From Candidatus Avimonas faecium (GTDB taxonomy: Bacteria; Bacillota; Clostridia; Oscillospirales; Acutalibacteraceae), in contig CAJFQI010000004.1 in assembly GCA_904419005.1 (NCBI GenBank), positions 783 to 64,782 of the forward strand: DNA of 64,000 nucleotides. The letters are read 5' to 3'. The notes under the pieces are model-generated. The model ran no database searches, was not told the origin of the DNA, and was given only the letters and a program-made list of their open reading frames with translations. Each line of letters starts with the position of its first letter. The first letter of the stretch is position 1. The translations under genes and the position numbers were made by a program. Shown one piece after another: positions 1 to 8,411 of the stretch.

Positions 1-145
1 ACAGGGAGGCGAAGAGGACGAACGTCCCGTACCGCCCGTCCGAGGCGGAAAAATCCCCCGCCTTTCGCACCTTCCGGCCGCCCCGCAGGCCGATCCAGAC
101 CAGTACCCCCAGGTACAGCGCCACAATACCGGTATCTATCCACAT
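1..145 (-). CDS. sodium:solute symporter family protein, N-terminal fragment (continues off the left edge)
   Basis: Reverse complement from ATG 143-145 reads MWIDTGIVALYLGVLVWIGLRGGRKVRKAGDFSASDGRYGTFVLFASL. This is a TM helix followed by the GxRxxxxxxDFxxxGR pattern seen at SSS-family N-termini. It is absent from the ORF track because it is open at the window edge. Confidence 0.45.
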   Translation of the reverse strand, partial: MWIDTGIVALYLGVLVWIGLRGGRKVRKAGDFSASDGRYGTFVLFASL

Positions 146-389
146 TCCCCAGCCCGTCCTTTCCCGCCGGGCCTGCCCGGCCGCGGCCTCCGGTACAGCC
201 TATGCCGCCCGCCGGGAAAATATGAGGGGTGCGGGACAATCCGGCCCGGGGGGACTGTGCGCCGCCATTCCCTTTTTGGCCCGGCTGTGGTAAAATGAAA
301 CAAAAGGCGGCCGGCGCAGCACGGCGCCGCGGCTGTCTGCGGGCGGCTCTCCGCGCGGCTAAGCCTGTGCGAAGAAGGGGTGAGGAACG

Positions 390-995
390 ATGGCGGAGCC
401 ATACCCGGCGAATACCCCGGCTTTGGAGACGGCCAGGCTGATCCTGCGCCGCTTTGCCCCCGGGGACGAGGAGGCGGTGTTCCGGCTGTACAGCGACCCG
501 GAGGTCAACCGCTTCCTTCCGTGGTTCCCCCTCCAAAGCCGGGCGGAGGCGGGGCGCCTCCTGCGGGAGTTTTACCTTGCTGGCTATGCGAAGCCTGCGG
601 GCTGGCGGTACGCGGTCTGCCGGAAAGCGGACAACGTGCCGATCGGGTACGTCCATGTGGACGACGGCGAGGCGAAGGACCTCGGCTATGCGCTGCAAAA
701 GGAGTTCTGGGGGCAGGGGATTATGCCCGAGGCGGGCCGCGCCGTGCTCGGGCAGCTCGAGAGGGAGGGGGTCCCCTTTGTCACGGCGACCCACGACGTA
801 CGCAACCCGGCGAGCGGGGCGGTGATGAAAAAGCTGGGCATGAGCTACCGGTATTCCTACGAGGAGCAGTGGCAGCCCAAGGATATCCGGGTGGTGTTCC
901 GGATGTACCAGCGGAACCTTGACGGCCGCGCCGGCCGTATCTACTGGGGGTACTGGCAGCGGCATCCGGTCCACTTTGTGGAGGACGGGGTGTAG
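390..995 (+). CDS. GNAT family N-acetyltransferase (RimJ/RimL-like)
   Basis: 201-aa ORF. It has the LETARLILRRF...YSDPEVNRFLPW N-terminus and a FWGQGIMPEAGRAVL acetyl-CoA loop typical of RimJ/RimL-type GNATs. Confidence 0.8.
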   Translation: MAEPYPANTPALETARLILRRFAPGDEEAVFRLYSDPEVNRFLPWFPLQSRAEAGRLLREFYLAGYAKPAGWRYAVCRKADNVPIGYVHVDDGEAKDLGYALQKEFWGQGIMPEAGRAVLGQLEREGVPFVTATHDVRNPASGAVMKKLGMSYRYSYEEQWQPKDIRVVFRMYQRNLDGRAGRIYWGYWQRHPVHFVEDGV

Positions 996-1108
996 AAGCC
1001 GGGAGAAAGTCGGCAAGGATCCGCAGGGGAGCGAAAAAGCCGCGCGGGAGAACGCCCCGGTCCAGGCCGCCCCGGGAGGCCCCCGCAAGCCGCGCGCCCC
1101 CCGCCGAA

Positions 1109-1150
1109 GGAAAAGGAGGAAGGCAGCGTTTTGCTGCTTTCCTCCTTTCC
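1109..1150. terminator. long imperfect hairpin between convergent GNAT and trxA genes
   Basis: Arm ggaaaaggaggaaggcagc, loop gtttt, arm gctgctttcctcctttcc. T-rich sequence follows on the + strand, so it is probably a bidirectional terminator. Confidence 0.5.
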
Positions 1151-1169
1151 CTTTGTCCTTTGCCGGTGT

Positions 1170-1496
1170 TTATCCCAGCAGGGCGTCGATTTCCCGGGTA
1201 TAGGCGTCAAGCGGGCGCAGGCCGATCATGGTGTTGACCGCCCGGCCCTTGTCGAACAGGATGACGGTGGGGATGGACTGGATGCCGTACCGCTGCGCCA
1301 GCTCCGGGTGCTTATCAATGTCCACCTTGGCAACGGCCAGCCGGCCGGCATACCGTTCGCCCAGCTGCTCAATCACCGGGGCAAGCATACGGCAGGGCAT
1401 ACACCACTCGGCCCAGAAGTCCACCAATACCGGCCGATCGCCGCCGAGAAGCTCGTCGAATTCGCTGACGTTGGGATACTGGATAGCTGTTGACAT
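1170..1496 (-). CDS. trxA: thioredoxin
   Basis: 108 aa. The active site reads VLVDFWAEWCMPCRMLAP (CMPC instead of canonical CGPC). The cis-Pro motif SIPTVILF is present. AAGAAGGA SD lies upstream. Confidence 0.9.
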   Translation of the reverse strand: MSTAIQYPNVSEFDELLGGDRPVLVDFWAEWCMPCRMLAPVIEQLGERYAGRLAVAKVDIDKHPELAQRYGIQSIPTVILFDKGRAVNTMIGLRPLDAYTREIDALLG

Positions 1497-1667
1497 ACAA
1501 TCGTCCTTCTTTCTTTATAATAAAATGGGTGTTTACTAAACGATAATCCGCCAAAGCCAAAGGGTCGGGGGGTGCCGGAAGGGAAAAGCCGGCCCGTCGG
1601 TCATATATATGGCGAAGGGCGTGGCGGCATGACGCCGGAGGCTTTGCCGGCTGGCGCCCCGAAACCG

Positions 1668-2609
1668 TCAGCCGGAGAGCGGGCCCCCGCCGCCCTGCCG
1701 GTCGAGGTATTTGGCCGCCTGCTGCGCGGCAATCAGGCCGTCCCCCACCGCGTTGGCGATCTGGAGCGGCGCGCCAGTGCAGTCCCCCGCCGCGAACAGC
1801 CCGGGGATGTTGGTCTGCATCCACCGGTCCACCTTGACGAAGCCGTCCTGCATTTCAAGCCCGTCGATCAGCGCGGCGGGAGCGATGGCGGCGCGCAGGA
1901 TGAACACGGCGTCGGCGGGCAGGAAGAGGGCTTCCTCCGCCGCTTCCCCGCCGGGGGAGGGGCTCACGCTGGCGAGAACGCCGCCGGCCTTGACGCCGGC
2001 TTCGTCGGCTCCGTCCTTGGCGCCGGCCGCCTGGACCGATTGTACCCGGCCCGAATAAAAGGGGATGCCGGGGTCAAGCTCCGCCGGGCGCTCCCCCCGC
2101 GCGAGGTACGAGACCTCTACCCCGATCCCGTGGAGGAAATTCGCTTCTTGCGGCGCGTCGGGGGCCAGCCCCCAGACCACCGCCCTTTTCCCGCGGTACA
2201 GCATCCCGTCGCAGGTGGCGCAGTAGCTGACGCCCCGGCCGAGCAGCTCGCTTTCGCCCGGGACCGCACGGGCCTTTGCGGCCCCCGTGGCCAGGATGAC
2301 GGCGCCGGCCTGGACGATTTCCCCGCTGAAATTGGCCATAAACGCCCCGTCAAAGGGCAGGAGGTTGGAGACCCGGCCTTTCTCCGGGACGACGCCCATG
2401 GCGGCGGCGTGCTCTTCAAACCGGCGCATCAGCTCCGGGCCGGAGAGATGGTACAGCCCGAGGTAATTGTCGATCGCCTCCGCCCGCGTGAGGATGGTGT
2501 GCTCGCCGGACAGCACCCGCACCGTCTTCCCCCGGGCGACGGCGTTGACCGCGGCCGATAGGCCGGCCGGCCCTCCGCCGACAATCAGGATGTCGGTCCT
2601 TTCACTCAT
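1668..2609 (-). CDS. trxB: low-Mr thioredoxin-reductase-like flavoprotein (NADPH-site motifs degenerate)
   Basis: Trimmed from the 409-aa track ORF to ATG 2609 (MSERTDILIVGGGPAGLSAA) behind AGGAGG. FAD motif GGGPAG, redox-active CATC and C-terminal GDCTG are present. The second dinucleotide site reads VVWGLAPDAPQEA and ARGERPAE instead of GGGNSAxEEA and HRRxxxR. Confidence 0.85.
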   Translation of the reverse strand: MSERTDILIVGGGPAGLSAAVNAVARGKTVRVLSGEHTILTRAEAIDNYLGLYHLSGPELMRRFEEHAAAMGVVPEKGRVSNLLPFDGAFMANFSGEIVQAGAVILATGAAKARAVPGESELLGRGVSYCATCDGMLYRGKRAVVWGLAPDAPQEANFLHGIGVEVSYLARGERPAELDPGIPFYSGRVQSVQAAGAKDGADEAGVKAGGVLASVSPSPGGEAAEEALFLPADAVFILRAAIAPAALIDGLEMQDGFVKVDRWMQTNIPGLFAAGDCTGAPLQIANAVGDGLIAAQQAAKYLDRQGGGGPLSG

Positions 2610-3072
2610 GGCAAGGCCCTCCTTCTTGGCCGCGGGGGGCGCCGGAGGCTTCCCGCACCCCCAGTTCGCCGGCCCCGACCGTGCTCCCACAGTGGGGACA
2701 GTAATACCTATGCTCAACCGGGTGGCCGCAGGCACCGTGCACCAGCTTTTTGTAGCAGGTGGACAGATGCTTCTGCCCCCAGAGAACCAGGGCGTTGAAT
2801 ACATCCTCAAGATCCCCGCCGCTTTCGGTGAGGGTGTAGCGGTACCGGGGCGGATGCTCCTGGTACAGCTCGCTGCGGACCAGGCCGTCCCCCTCAAGGG
2901 CTTTCAGCCGTTCGGAGAGGAGGTTGGTGGGGATGCCTGCAAGGCTCTCCTGTAGCTCCTTGAACGTGCCCTTGCCGATCAGGAGGCGGTGCAGGATCAG
3001 CAGGGACCATTTGTCCCCGATCAGGTTGAGGGTTTGCGCGATGTTGCAGGGCAGCGCATAGGCGTTTTTCAT
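2602..3072 (-). CDS. HxlR-family winged-helix transcriptional regulator
   Basis: Trimmed to ATG 3072 behind GGAAAGGAGG. DKWSLLILHRL...FKELQESLAGIPTNLLSERLKALEGDGLV is the HxlR signature. There is a Cys/His-rich tail (CGH..CPHC). The stop overlaps the trxB start by 8 nt (ATGAGTGA). Confidence 0.85.
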   Translation of the reverse strand: MKNAYALPCNIAQTLNLIGDKWSLLILHRLLIGKGTFKELQESLAGIPTNLLSERLKALEGDGLVRSELYQEHPPRYRYTLTESGGDLEDVFNALVLWGQKHLSTCYKKLVHGACGHPVEHRYYCPHCGSTVGAGELGVREASGAPRGQEGGPCHE

Positions 3073-3104
3073 AGCCGGCCTCCTTTCCATCCCCCCCTGC
3101 GGGG

Positions 3105-3150
3105 AAGTAACTTTACTTTATCATACTTAGTTTATTTTGTCAAGTTACTA
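3105..3150 (-). promoter_or_regulatory. sigma-A-type promoter of hxlR-trxB flanked by an inverted repeat
   Basis: On the minus strand: TTGACA (3138-3143), 17-nt spacer, TAAAGT (3115-3120). AAGTAACTT (3105-3113) and its complement AAGTTACT (3142-3149) bracket the promoter, making a candidate HxlR operator. Confidence 0.5.
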
Positions 3151-3342
3151 TTCTTTCAAAAGGGATGTCCCAGCCGGGAGCTGCCGGGGAGCCCCGCGGC
3201 CCATGCCGGGTTCGGAGGCTTCCCATGGGGGGCGGAAAAGCCCATTATAAAGATAAATCCAGCGATTTTTGGGCATATTGATGAAAATACAGGAGGAATA
3301 TCCGGGATATGTGGAAACTACTTAGGGAAATCCCCCTAAGTA

Positions 3343-3371
3343 TTGCAAATGCCGGCGGCATCCTATATAAT
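3343..3371 (+). promoter_or_regulatory. sigma-A-type promoter upstream of glgP
   Basis: TTGCAA (3343-3348), 17 nt, TATAAT (3366-3371). It is preceded by a perfect 7-bp hairpin CTTAGGG/CCCTAAG at 3321-3339. Confidence 0.5.
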
Positions 3372-3508
3372 GGAAAACGGTTAGGGAATACTAGGCATTG
3401 CGCGGGAATGCGCGCAGTCAGATATCCGCACGGGGCGGGGGACGCAGGCGTTTTCGGCCTGGGCCGTGTCCGGCCGGCGGATGGGCAATGGAATAGTTTG
3501 GAGAAAGG

Positions 3509-5986
3509 ATGGATCGTATGGCAGACAAACCGGCAAAACACGGAGCGGCGGTGCCCGCGCCGAAGGCACCCGAGCAGCCTCTCATTTCGGAGAGCGACCT
3601 AAACGAGCGGCTGACCGCCAAGCTGCTGCATAATTTTTCGGTCCAGCCGGAGGGCGCGACCGACGAGAATTTTTACAATGCGCTGGTGCTGGTGCTCCGC
3701 GACCTGATGCGCAGCCGCCGGGTGGATTATATTGAAAAGGCCCATCAGCAGAATTCCCGGCAGGTGTACTATCTATGTATGGAGTTCTTGATGGGGCGCT
3801 CCTTGAAGAACACCCTCTATAACCTCAACCTTACGGAGGAGGCCCGCCGCGTCCTGCTGCAATACGACGTCAAGCTGGACGCCCTGTACGAGCTAGAGCC
3901 GGACGCGGGGCTGGGCAACGGCGGCCTGGGGCGGCTGGCGGCCTGCTTTTTGGACAGCCTGGCTACCGAGTCCATCCCGGCGGTCGGGTATTCGCTGCTG
4001 TACGAGTACGGCATCTTCCGGCAGAAGCTGGTGGACGGCTGGCAGACCGAGCTGCCCGACCTTTGGCTTCCGGGCGGGGAGAGCTGGCTCCTGCCGCGGC
4101 CGGAGCTGACCAAGCAGGTCAAATTCGACGGGCATATCCGCGAGTGGTGGGACGGCGGGTACCACCATGTGGAGCATGAGAACCCCAACATCGTCGTCGC
4201 CCTGGCGTATGACATGATGGTGGCCGGCAAGGACGGGAAAGCCGTTTCCACCCTGCGGCTCTGGCGGGCGACCTCCCCGGGGATGGATATGTCCCTGTTC
4301 AACCAGGGCGAGTACATGCGGGCCATGGAGCAGAAGTCGATGGCCGAAGCCATCACCCAGGTGCTGTACCCGGCGGACAACCACCGGGAGGGCAAATCCC
4401 TGCGGCTTTCCCAGCAGTATTTCCTGGTGTCCGCCTCGGTGCAAGACATCGTCCGCCGCCATTTGGACCAGTACGGTTCGCTTGATACCCTGCCGGAGAT
4501 GACGGCCATCCACATCAACGACACCCACCCCACCCTGGCGATCCCGGAGCTGATGCGCATCCTGCTGGACGAATGCGGCTACGGCTGGGAGCCGGCGTGG
4601 GACATCGTCACCCGCACGGTGGCCTATACCAACCACACCGTCATGGCCGAGGCGCTTGAGTGCTGGCCGGAGGATCTTTTCTCCCAGCGGCTGCCCCGGA
4701 TCTACCAGATTGTCAAGGAGATCAACAACCGCTTCAGCGCCCAGATGATGCAGGAGACCGGCGGGGATAAGGAAAAGGTGGGCCGGATGGCGATTATCAG
4801 CTACGGCGTCATCAAGATGGCCAACCTCTGTGTGGCGGCGGCCCATTCGGTCAACGGCGTGTCCAAGCTGCACAGCGAGATCCTCAAGGACGACCTGTTC
4901 CACGACCAGTACACTGTCATGCCGGAGAAGTTTGAAAACGTGACCAACGGCATTGCTCACCGGCGGTGGCTCTGCCAGGCCAACCCCGGCCTGTGCCGGT
5001 TCATCCGGCAGCGGATCGGCGGCGGCTACGTCCTGCACGCCGAGGAGCTATCCAAGCTCCGCCCCTATGTCGACGACCCGGCGGCGCAGGAGGAATTCCT
5101 GAAAATCAAGCGGGAAAACAAGGTGCGCTTGGCGGCGTACATCCAGGAGAACAACGGCATTTCCGTGGATCCGGACTCGATCTTTGACGTACAGGTCAAG
5201 CGGCTGCATGAGTACAAGCGGCAGCACCTGAACGCGCTGCACATCCTGCATACCTACCTGACCCTCAAGGATAACCCCAACATGGATTTTGTGCCCCGCA
5301 CCTACCTGTTCGGCGCCAAATCCGCGCCGGGGTACTACCTGGCCAAGGAGATCATCCGCTTTATCTGCGCGCTGGGCAAGCTGATTGACGGCGACCCGGC
5401 GGTGCGGGATAAGCTGCGGGTGGTGTATCTGGAGGATTACCGGGTGACGCTGGCCGAGCTGATGATGCCGGCGGCCGACATCAGCGAGCAGATCTCCCTG
5501 GCCGGCACCGAGGCGAGCGGCACCGGCAATATGAAGCTGATGCTCAACGGCGCGGTCACCCTCGGCACCATGGACGGCGCCAACGTCGAGATTTACGACG
5601 CCGTCGGCCCGGACAACATCTTCATCTTCGGTATGACCGCGCAGGAGGTGGAGGAGCTCAAGCAGCGGGGCGGCTACCATCCCCAGTCGCTGTACACCGG
5701 CAACCCGCATATCCACCGCGCCATTGACTATATGTACCACGGCTTTTGCGGACGGGCCTACAACGAGGTGGCCAATTCCCTGGCCAACAGTGACCCGTAT
5801 ATGGTGCTGGGCGACTTTGAGGACTACGTCCGGGCCCAGGAGCTGTCCGCCCGCACCTATGCCGACCGGCAGAAGTGGGCGCGCATGGCCATGGTCAATA
5901 CGGCCGAGAGCGGGATTTTTTCCGCCGACCGCGCCATCCGGGACTATTCGGACCGGATCTGGCACTGCCGCCCGGTCAAGGACTAA
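3509..5986 (+). CDS. glgP: glycogen/maltodextrin phosphorylase
   Basis: 825 aa, alpha-glucan phosphorylase family. The PLP-lysine motif EASGTGNMKLMLNGA is present. The start could be the second ATG at 3518. Confidence 0.95.
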   Translation: MDRMADKPAKHGAAVPAPKAPEQPLISESDLNERLTAKLLHNFSVQPEGATDENFYNALVLVLRDLMRSRRVDYIEKAHQQNSRQVYYLCMEFLMGRSLKNTLYNLNLTEEARRVLLQYDVKLDALYELEPDAGLGNGGLGRLAACFLDSLATESIPAVGYSLLYEYGIFRQKLVDGWQTELPDLWLPGGESWLLPRPELTKQVKFDGHIREWWDGGYHHVEHENPNIVVALAYDMMVAGKDGKAVSTLRLWRATSPGMDMSLFNQGEYMRAMEQKSMAEAITQVLYPADNHREGKSLRLSQQYFLVSASVQDIVRRHLDQYGSLDTLPEMTAIHINDTHPTLAIPELMRILLDECGYGWEPAWDIVTRTVAYTNHTVMAEALECWPEDLFSQRLPRIYQIVKEINNRFSAQMMQETGGDKEKVGRMAIISYGVIKMANLCVAAAHSVNGVSKLHSEILKDDLFHDQYTVMPEKFENVTNGIAHRRWLCQANPGLCRFIRQRIGGGYVLHAEELSKLRPYVDDPAAQEEFLKIKRENKVRLAAYIQENNGISVDPDSIFDVQVKRLHEYKRQHLNALHILHTYLTLKDNPNMDFVPRTYLFGAKSAPGYYLAKEIIRFICALGKLIDGDPAVRDKLRVVYLEDYRVTLAELMMPAADISEQISLAGTEASGTGNMKLMLNGAVTLGTMDGANVEIYDAVGPDNIFIFGMTAQEVEELKQRGGYHPQSLYTGNPHIHRAIDYMYHGFCGRAYNEVANSLANSDPYMVLGDFEDYVRAQELSARTYADRQKWARMAMVNTAESGIFSADRAIRDYSDRIWHCRPVKD

Positions 5987-6016
5987 AGCCCTTCCCTGTC
6001 GCGTAAGGCATAGCAG

Positions 6017-6054
6017 GAGGCCCCGGCGCCGTACGGCGCCGGGGCCTCTTCTTG
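6017..6054 (+). terminator. rho-independent terminator after glgP
   Basis: Perfect 14-bp stem gaggccccggcgcc / ggcgccggggcctc with loop gtac, followed by ttcttg. Confidence 0.65.
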
Positions 6055-6158
6055 CCGGGCGCTGCCCAAGGCAGCCGCGCGGAGCGGCCTCCTGCCCCCG
6101 CCGGGGCCCTCCCCGGTTCCGTCCAGCTGCCGGGGCCGCCGCTGCATGGGGCGGGCGG

Positions 6159-6189
6159 AAAAAAGCAGGCCCCAGGGACGGGGCCTGCT
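6159..6189 (-). terminator. rho-independent terminator after pduL
   Basis: On the minus strand the stem is agcaggcccc / ggggcctgct, followed by TTTTTT (the A-run at 6159-6164 on plus). Confidence 0.7.
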
Positions 6190-6218
6190 GGAAGGAGCCG
6201 GACAGCCGAAACGGCGCC

Positions 6219-6794
6219 TTATTTGATGACTTCGCCCATCATGCCGGGCTTGACGCCCGCGGCGTTGGACTCGTCGGTGTCGATATGCATGGCCAGCGCG
6301 TATTTGGTGCTGACCCGCACCACCACGTCCCCGAATACCAGGGAACGGCCGTCGCTTTCGATTTTAACGCTTACCTCGTCCTTGTCCTTGACGCCGAATT
6401 CCTCGGCGTCCTGCGGCGTCATATGGATGTGGCGCTTGGCGGCGATGACGCCCTGGGTCAGCTCGACCTCCCCCTTGGGGCCGACCAGCTTGCAGACGCC
6501 GCTGCCGGCGATGTCCCCCGATTCCCGGATGGGGGCGTCCACGCCGATCGAACGGGCGTCGGTCAGGGAGAGCTCCACCTGGGTGTCGGGGCGGACCGGT
6601 CCCAGAATGGTCACGCCGGCCAGGGTCTTCTTGGAGCCGACCACGTCTACCCGTTCGGTGCAGGCGAACTGCCCGGGCTGGGAAAGGTCCTTTTTATTGG
6701 TGAGCTGATAGCCCTCGCCGAACAGCGTGTCCAGATCCTTCTGGGAAAGATGGACGTGCCGGGCGGAGGTTTCCACCAACACTTGGTTTTTCAT
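6219..6794 (-). CDS. pduL: phosphate acyltransferase PduL (phosphotransacylase)
   Basis: 191 aa with two PduL repeats: SARHVHLSQKDLDTLFG and AAKRHIHMTPQDAEEFG. The C-terminus reads YALAMHIDTDESNAAG. Confidence 0.9.
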   Translation of the reverse strand: MKNQVLVETSARHVHLSQKDLDTLFGEGYQLTNKKDLSQPGQFACTERVDVVGSKKTLAGVTILGPVRPDTQVELSLTDARSIGVDAPIRESGDIAGSGVCKLVGPKGEVELTQGVIAAKRHIHMTPQDAEEFGVKDKDEVSVKIESDGRSLVFGDVVVRVSTKYALAMHIDTDESNAAGVKPGMMGEVIK

Positions 6795-6852
6795 AAAAAC
6801 AACTTCCTTTCAAATTCCTGGGCGTTTCCCAAGAAATTTTTGTTCCCTGCCT

Positions 6853-6881
6853 ATTGTACCCCGCTCCGCCTGTTTTTTCAA
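6853..6881 (-). promoter_or_regulatory. sigma-A-type promoter of pduL
   Basis: Minus strand: TTGAAA (6876-6881), 17 nt, TACAAT (6853-6858). An extended -10, TGGTATAAT (6891-6899), points the other way toward the uracil-DNA glycosylase gene. Confidence 0.55.
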
Positions 6882-6989
6882 GCGGCTTTATGGTATAATG
6901 CTGTCAGGGAGGAAAACGAGGGATTGCGTCGCTGGTTTTCCTTTGTTTTCCGATTTTCCCGTTCTTCCCGCCCATTTTCCCTTTTCCAA

Positions 6990-7113
6990 GCGCCGCCGGG
7001 AAAGGCCGGCAGAGAAGCCGGGCGGCCGCAGGAAAGAAGCCGGCAGGGAAATGCCGGAGGCATTTCGGATGCGCCGCCGGGAAAGGCAGGAAAAGAAGCC
7101 GGGTGGGCGGCGC
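6990..7113. repeat. imperfect direct repeat, 81-nt period, in the non-coding leader of the uracil-DNA glycosylase gene
   Basis: The 17-mer gcgccgccgggaaaggc occurs at 6990-7006 and again at 7071-7087. gaagccggg occurs at 7014-7022 and 7095-7103, the same 81-nt offset. A third gaagccgg is at 7036-7043. Confidence 0.8.
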
Positions 7114-7134
7114 TAGAGTTAGGAGGATTACACC

Positions 7135-7737
7135 ATGCCATATCCAGATTGGGAAACGCTGCGGAAGGACTGCCTGCAATGCCGCAGCTGCGCCCTGGCC
7201 GCCACCCGGACGAATGTCGTTTTCGGCGTGGGCAGGCAGGATGCGGAGGTCCTTTTTGTAGGGGAGGGCCCCGGCGAGAACGAGGATTTGCAGGGCGAAC
7301 CCTTTGTGGGCCGGGGCGGGCAGCTGCTCGATAAGATGCTGGCGGCGGTCGGCCTCTCCCGCGCGCACAATATCTATATCGCCAACATTGTAAAATGCCG
7401 GCCGCCGAAAAACCGCGATCCCCTGCCCGAGGAGCAGGAGGCCTGCATCGGCTGGCTGCGGGGGCAGTTTGCCCTCCTCCGCCCCAAGATCGTGGTCTGC
7501 CTGGGCCGGGTCGCGGCCTGCCGCCTGATCTCCCCGGACTTTAAGGTGACCAGGCAGCACGGGCAGTTCTTTGATAAGGGCGGCACCCTGATGATGGGGA
7601 CGCTGCATCCCGCCGCTCTTCTGCGCAACCCCTCCCAGAAGCCGGACGCGTTTGCCGACCTGCTGGCGCTCCGGGAGAAGATCGGGGAGGTCTGCGCCCA
7701 CACCGAGCTGGTTTATCCCGACGGGCAGGAGGGATAG
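7135..7737 (+). CDS. uracil-DNA glycosylase, family 4
   Basis: 200 aa. It has a CxxCxxC-type cluster (CLQCRSCAL), the GEGPGENEDLQGEPFVG motif and the HPAALLRNP C-terminal motif. Confidence 0.9.
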   Translation: MPYPDWETLRKDCLQCRSCALAATRTNVVFGVGRQDAEVLFVGEGPGENEDLQGEPFVGRGGQLLDKMLAAVGLSRAHNIYIANIVKCRPPKNRDPLPEEQEACIGWLRGQFALLRPKIVVCLGRVAACRLISPDFKVTRQHGQFFDKGGTLMMGTLHPAALLRNPSQKPDAFADLLALREKIGEVCAHTELVYPDGQEG

Positions 7738-7743
7738 GGAAGC

Positions 7744-7784
7744 AAAAACCGCCCGGAGGCCTCCGGGCGGATAACCATTTTTTG
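7744..7784. terminator. bidirectional terminator between the convergent uracil-DNA glycosylase and HD genes
   Basis: Perfect palindrome ccgcccggagg/cctccgggcgg (7749-7770). It is flanked by AAAAA upstream and a TTTTTT run downstream. Confidence 0.7.
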
Positions 7785-7865
7785 GAGACAGCCGGCCGGC
7801 TTTGCCGATCCCGCAGTGCGGTATCCCCTCGCCGCGGGGATTTTTCCCGGGCAAAGGGGATCGCC

Positions 7866-8411
7866 CTATTTCCCCCGGCACGTCCCCGGCAGCGCGGCCA
7901 AGACCGCCTGCGGAACCCGGGGGCGCATCCGGGCGGTTTCCCGGAGCGAACAGAGCTTGTCGGCCAGGCAGACCAGCCAGGCTTCCCGGCAGCGGGGAGG
8001 GACCAGGGTCAGCGGCCACATATGGCGGCGGATGATCTCCTGCTCCACCCGGCTGAGCGTGAGGAAGCGCCGGGCGTTGCGCAGCGCGGTGCCCGGATGG
8101 GTGAACCCGTGGAGGCGGTGCCCGCCTCCCTTTTCGTGCCAGTCGTAGAGGAAAAAGTCGTGCAGCAGCGCGCCGCGGACCAGGCTGCGGGCGTCGCAGC
8201 CCGGGCAGAGCCGCCGGCTCAGCCGGTAGGCGGTATAGGCGACGGCCAGGCTGTGCCGCAGGCAGGAGGTATCGCCATGCTGGGGGAAGCGGTCCATCCA
8301 TTCCAGCGGGGCCTGCCGCATCAGCTCGCCGATGCACCCCGTCAAAAAGCGGAGCTGCTCTTCGGGCAGGGGCGCCGGCCCCTTGCGGCGGGGCTTCCTG
8401 TCCGGCCTCAC
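7866..8411 (-). CDS. HD-domain phosphohydrolase
   Basis: 181 aa with LRHSLAV...GALLHDFFLYDW...LADKL (His...HD...D metal motifs). The GTG start overlaps the stop of the upstream gene (GTGA), so the start is uncertain. Confidence 0.7.
   Translation of the reverse strand: MRPDRKPRRKGPAPLPEEQLRFLTGCIGELMRQAPLEWMDRFPQHGDTSCLRHSLAVAYTAYRLSRRLCPGCDARSLVRGALLHDFFLYDWHEKGGGHRLHGFTHPGTALRNARRFLTLSRVEQEIIRRHMWPLTLVPPRCREAWLVCLADKLCSLRETARMRPRVPQAVLAALPGTCRGK

Noticed and set aside
3366-3392. A cre-like (CcpA) site, TGGAAAACGGTTAG, overlapping the glgP -10.
   Set aside because: It does not fit TGWAANCGNTNWCA in any register (mismatches at the conserved W3, C7 and C13/A14 positions).
6727-7116. A + strand ORF whose product contains the repeated peptide RRRER(P/Q)..EK(K)PGGRR.
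   Set aside because: The peptide repeat is simply the translation of the 81-nt-period DNA repeat. There is no SD, the ORF overlaps the pduL start and promoter, and the composition is extreme (Arg/Pro/Gly/Glu).
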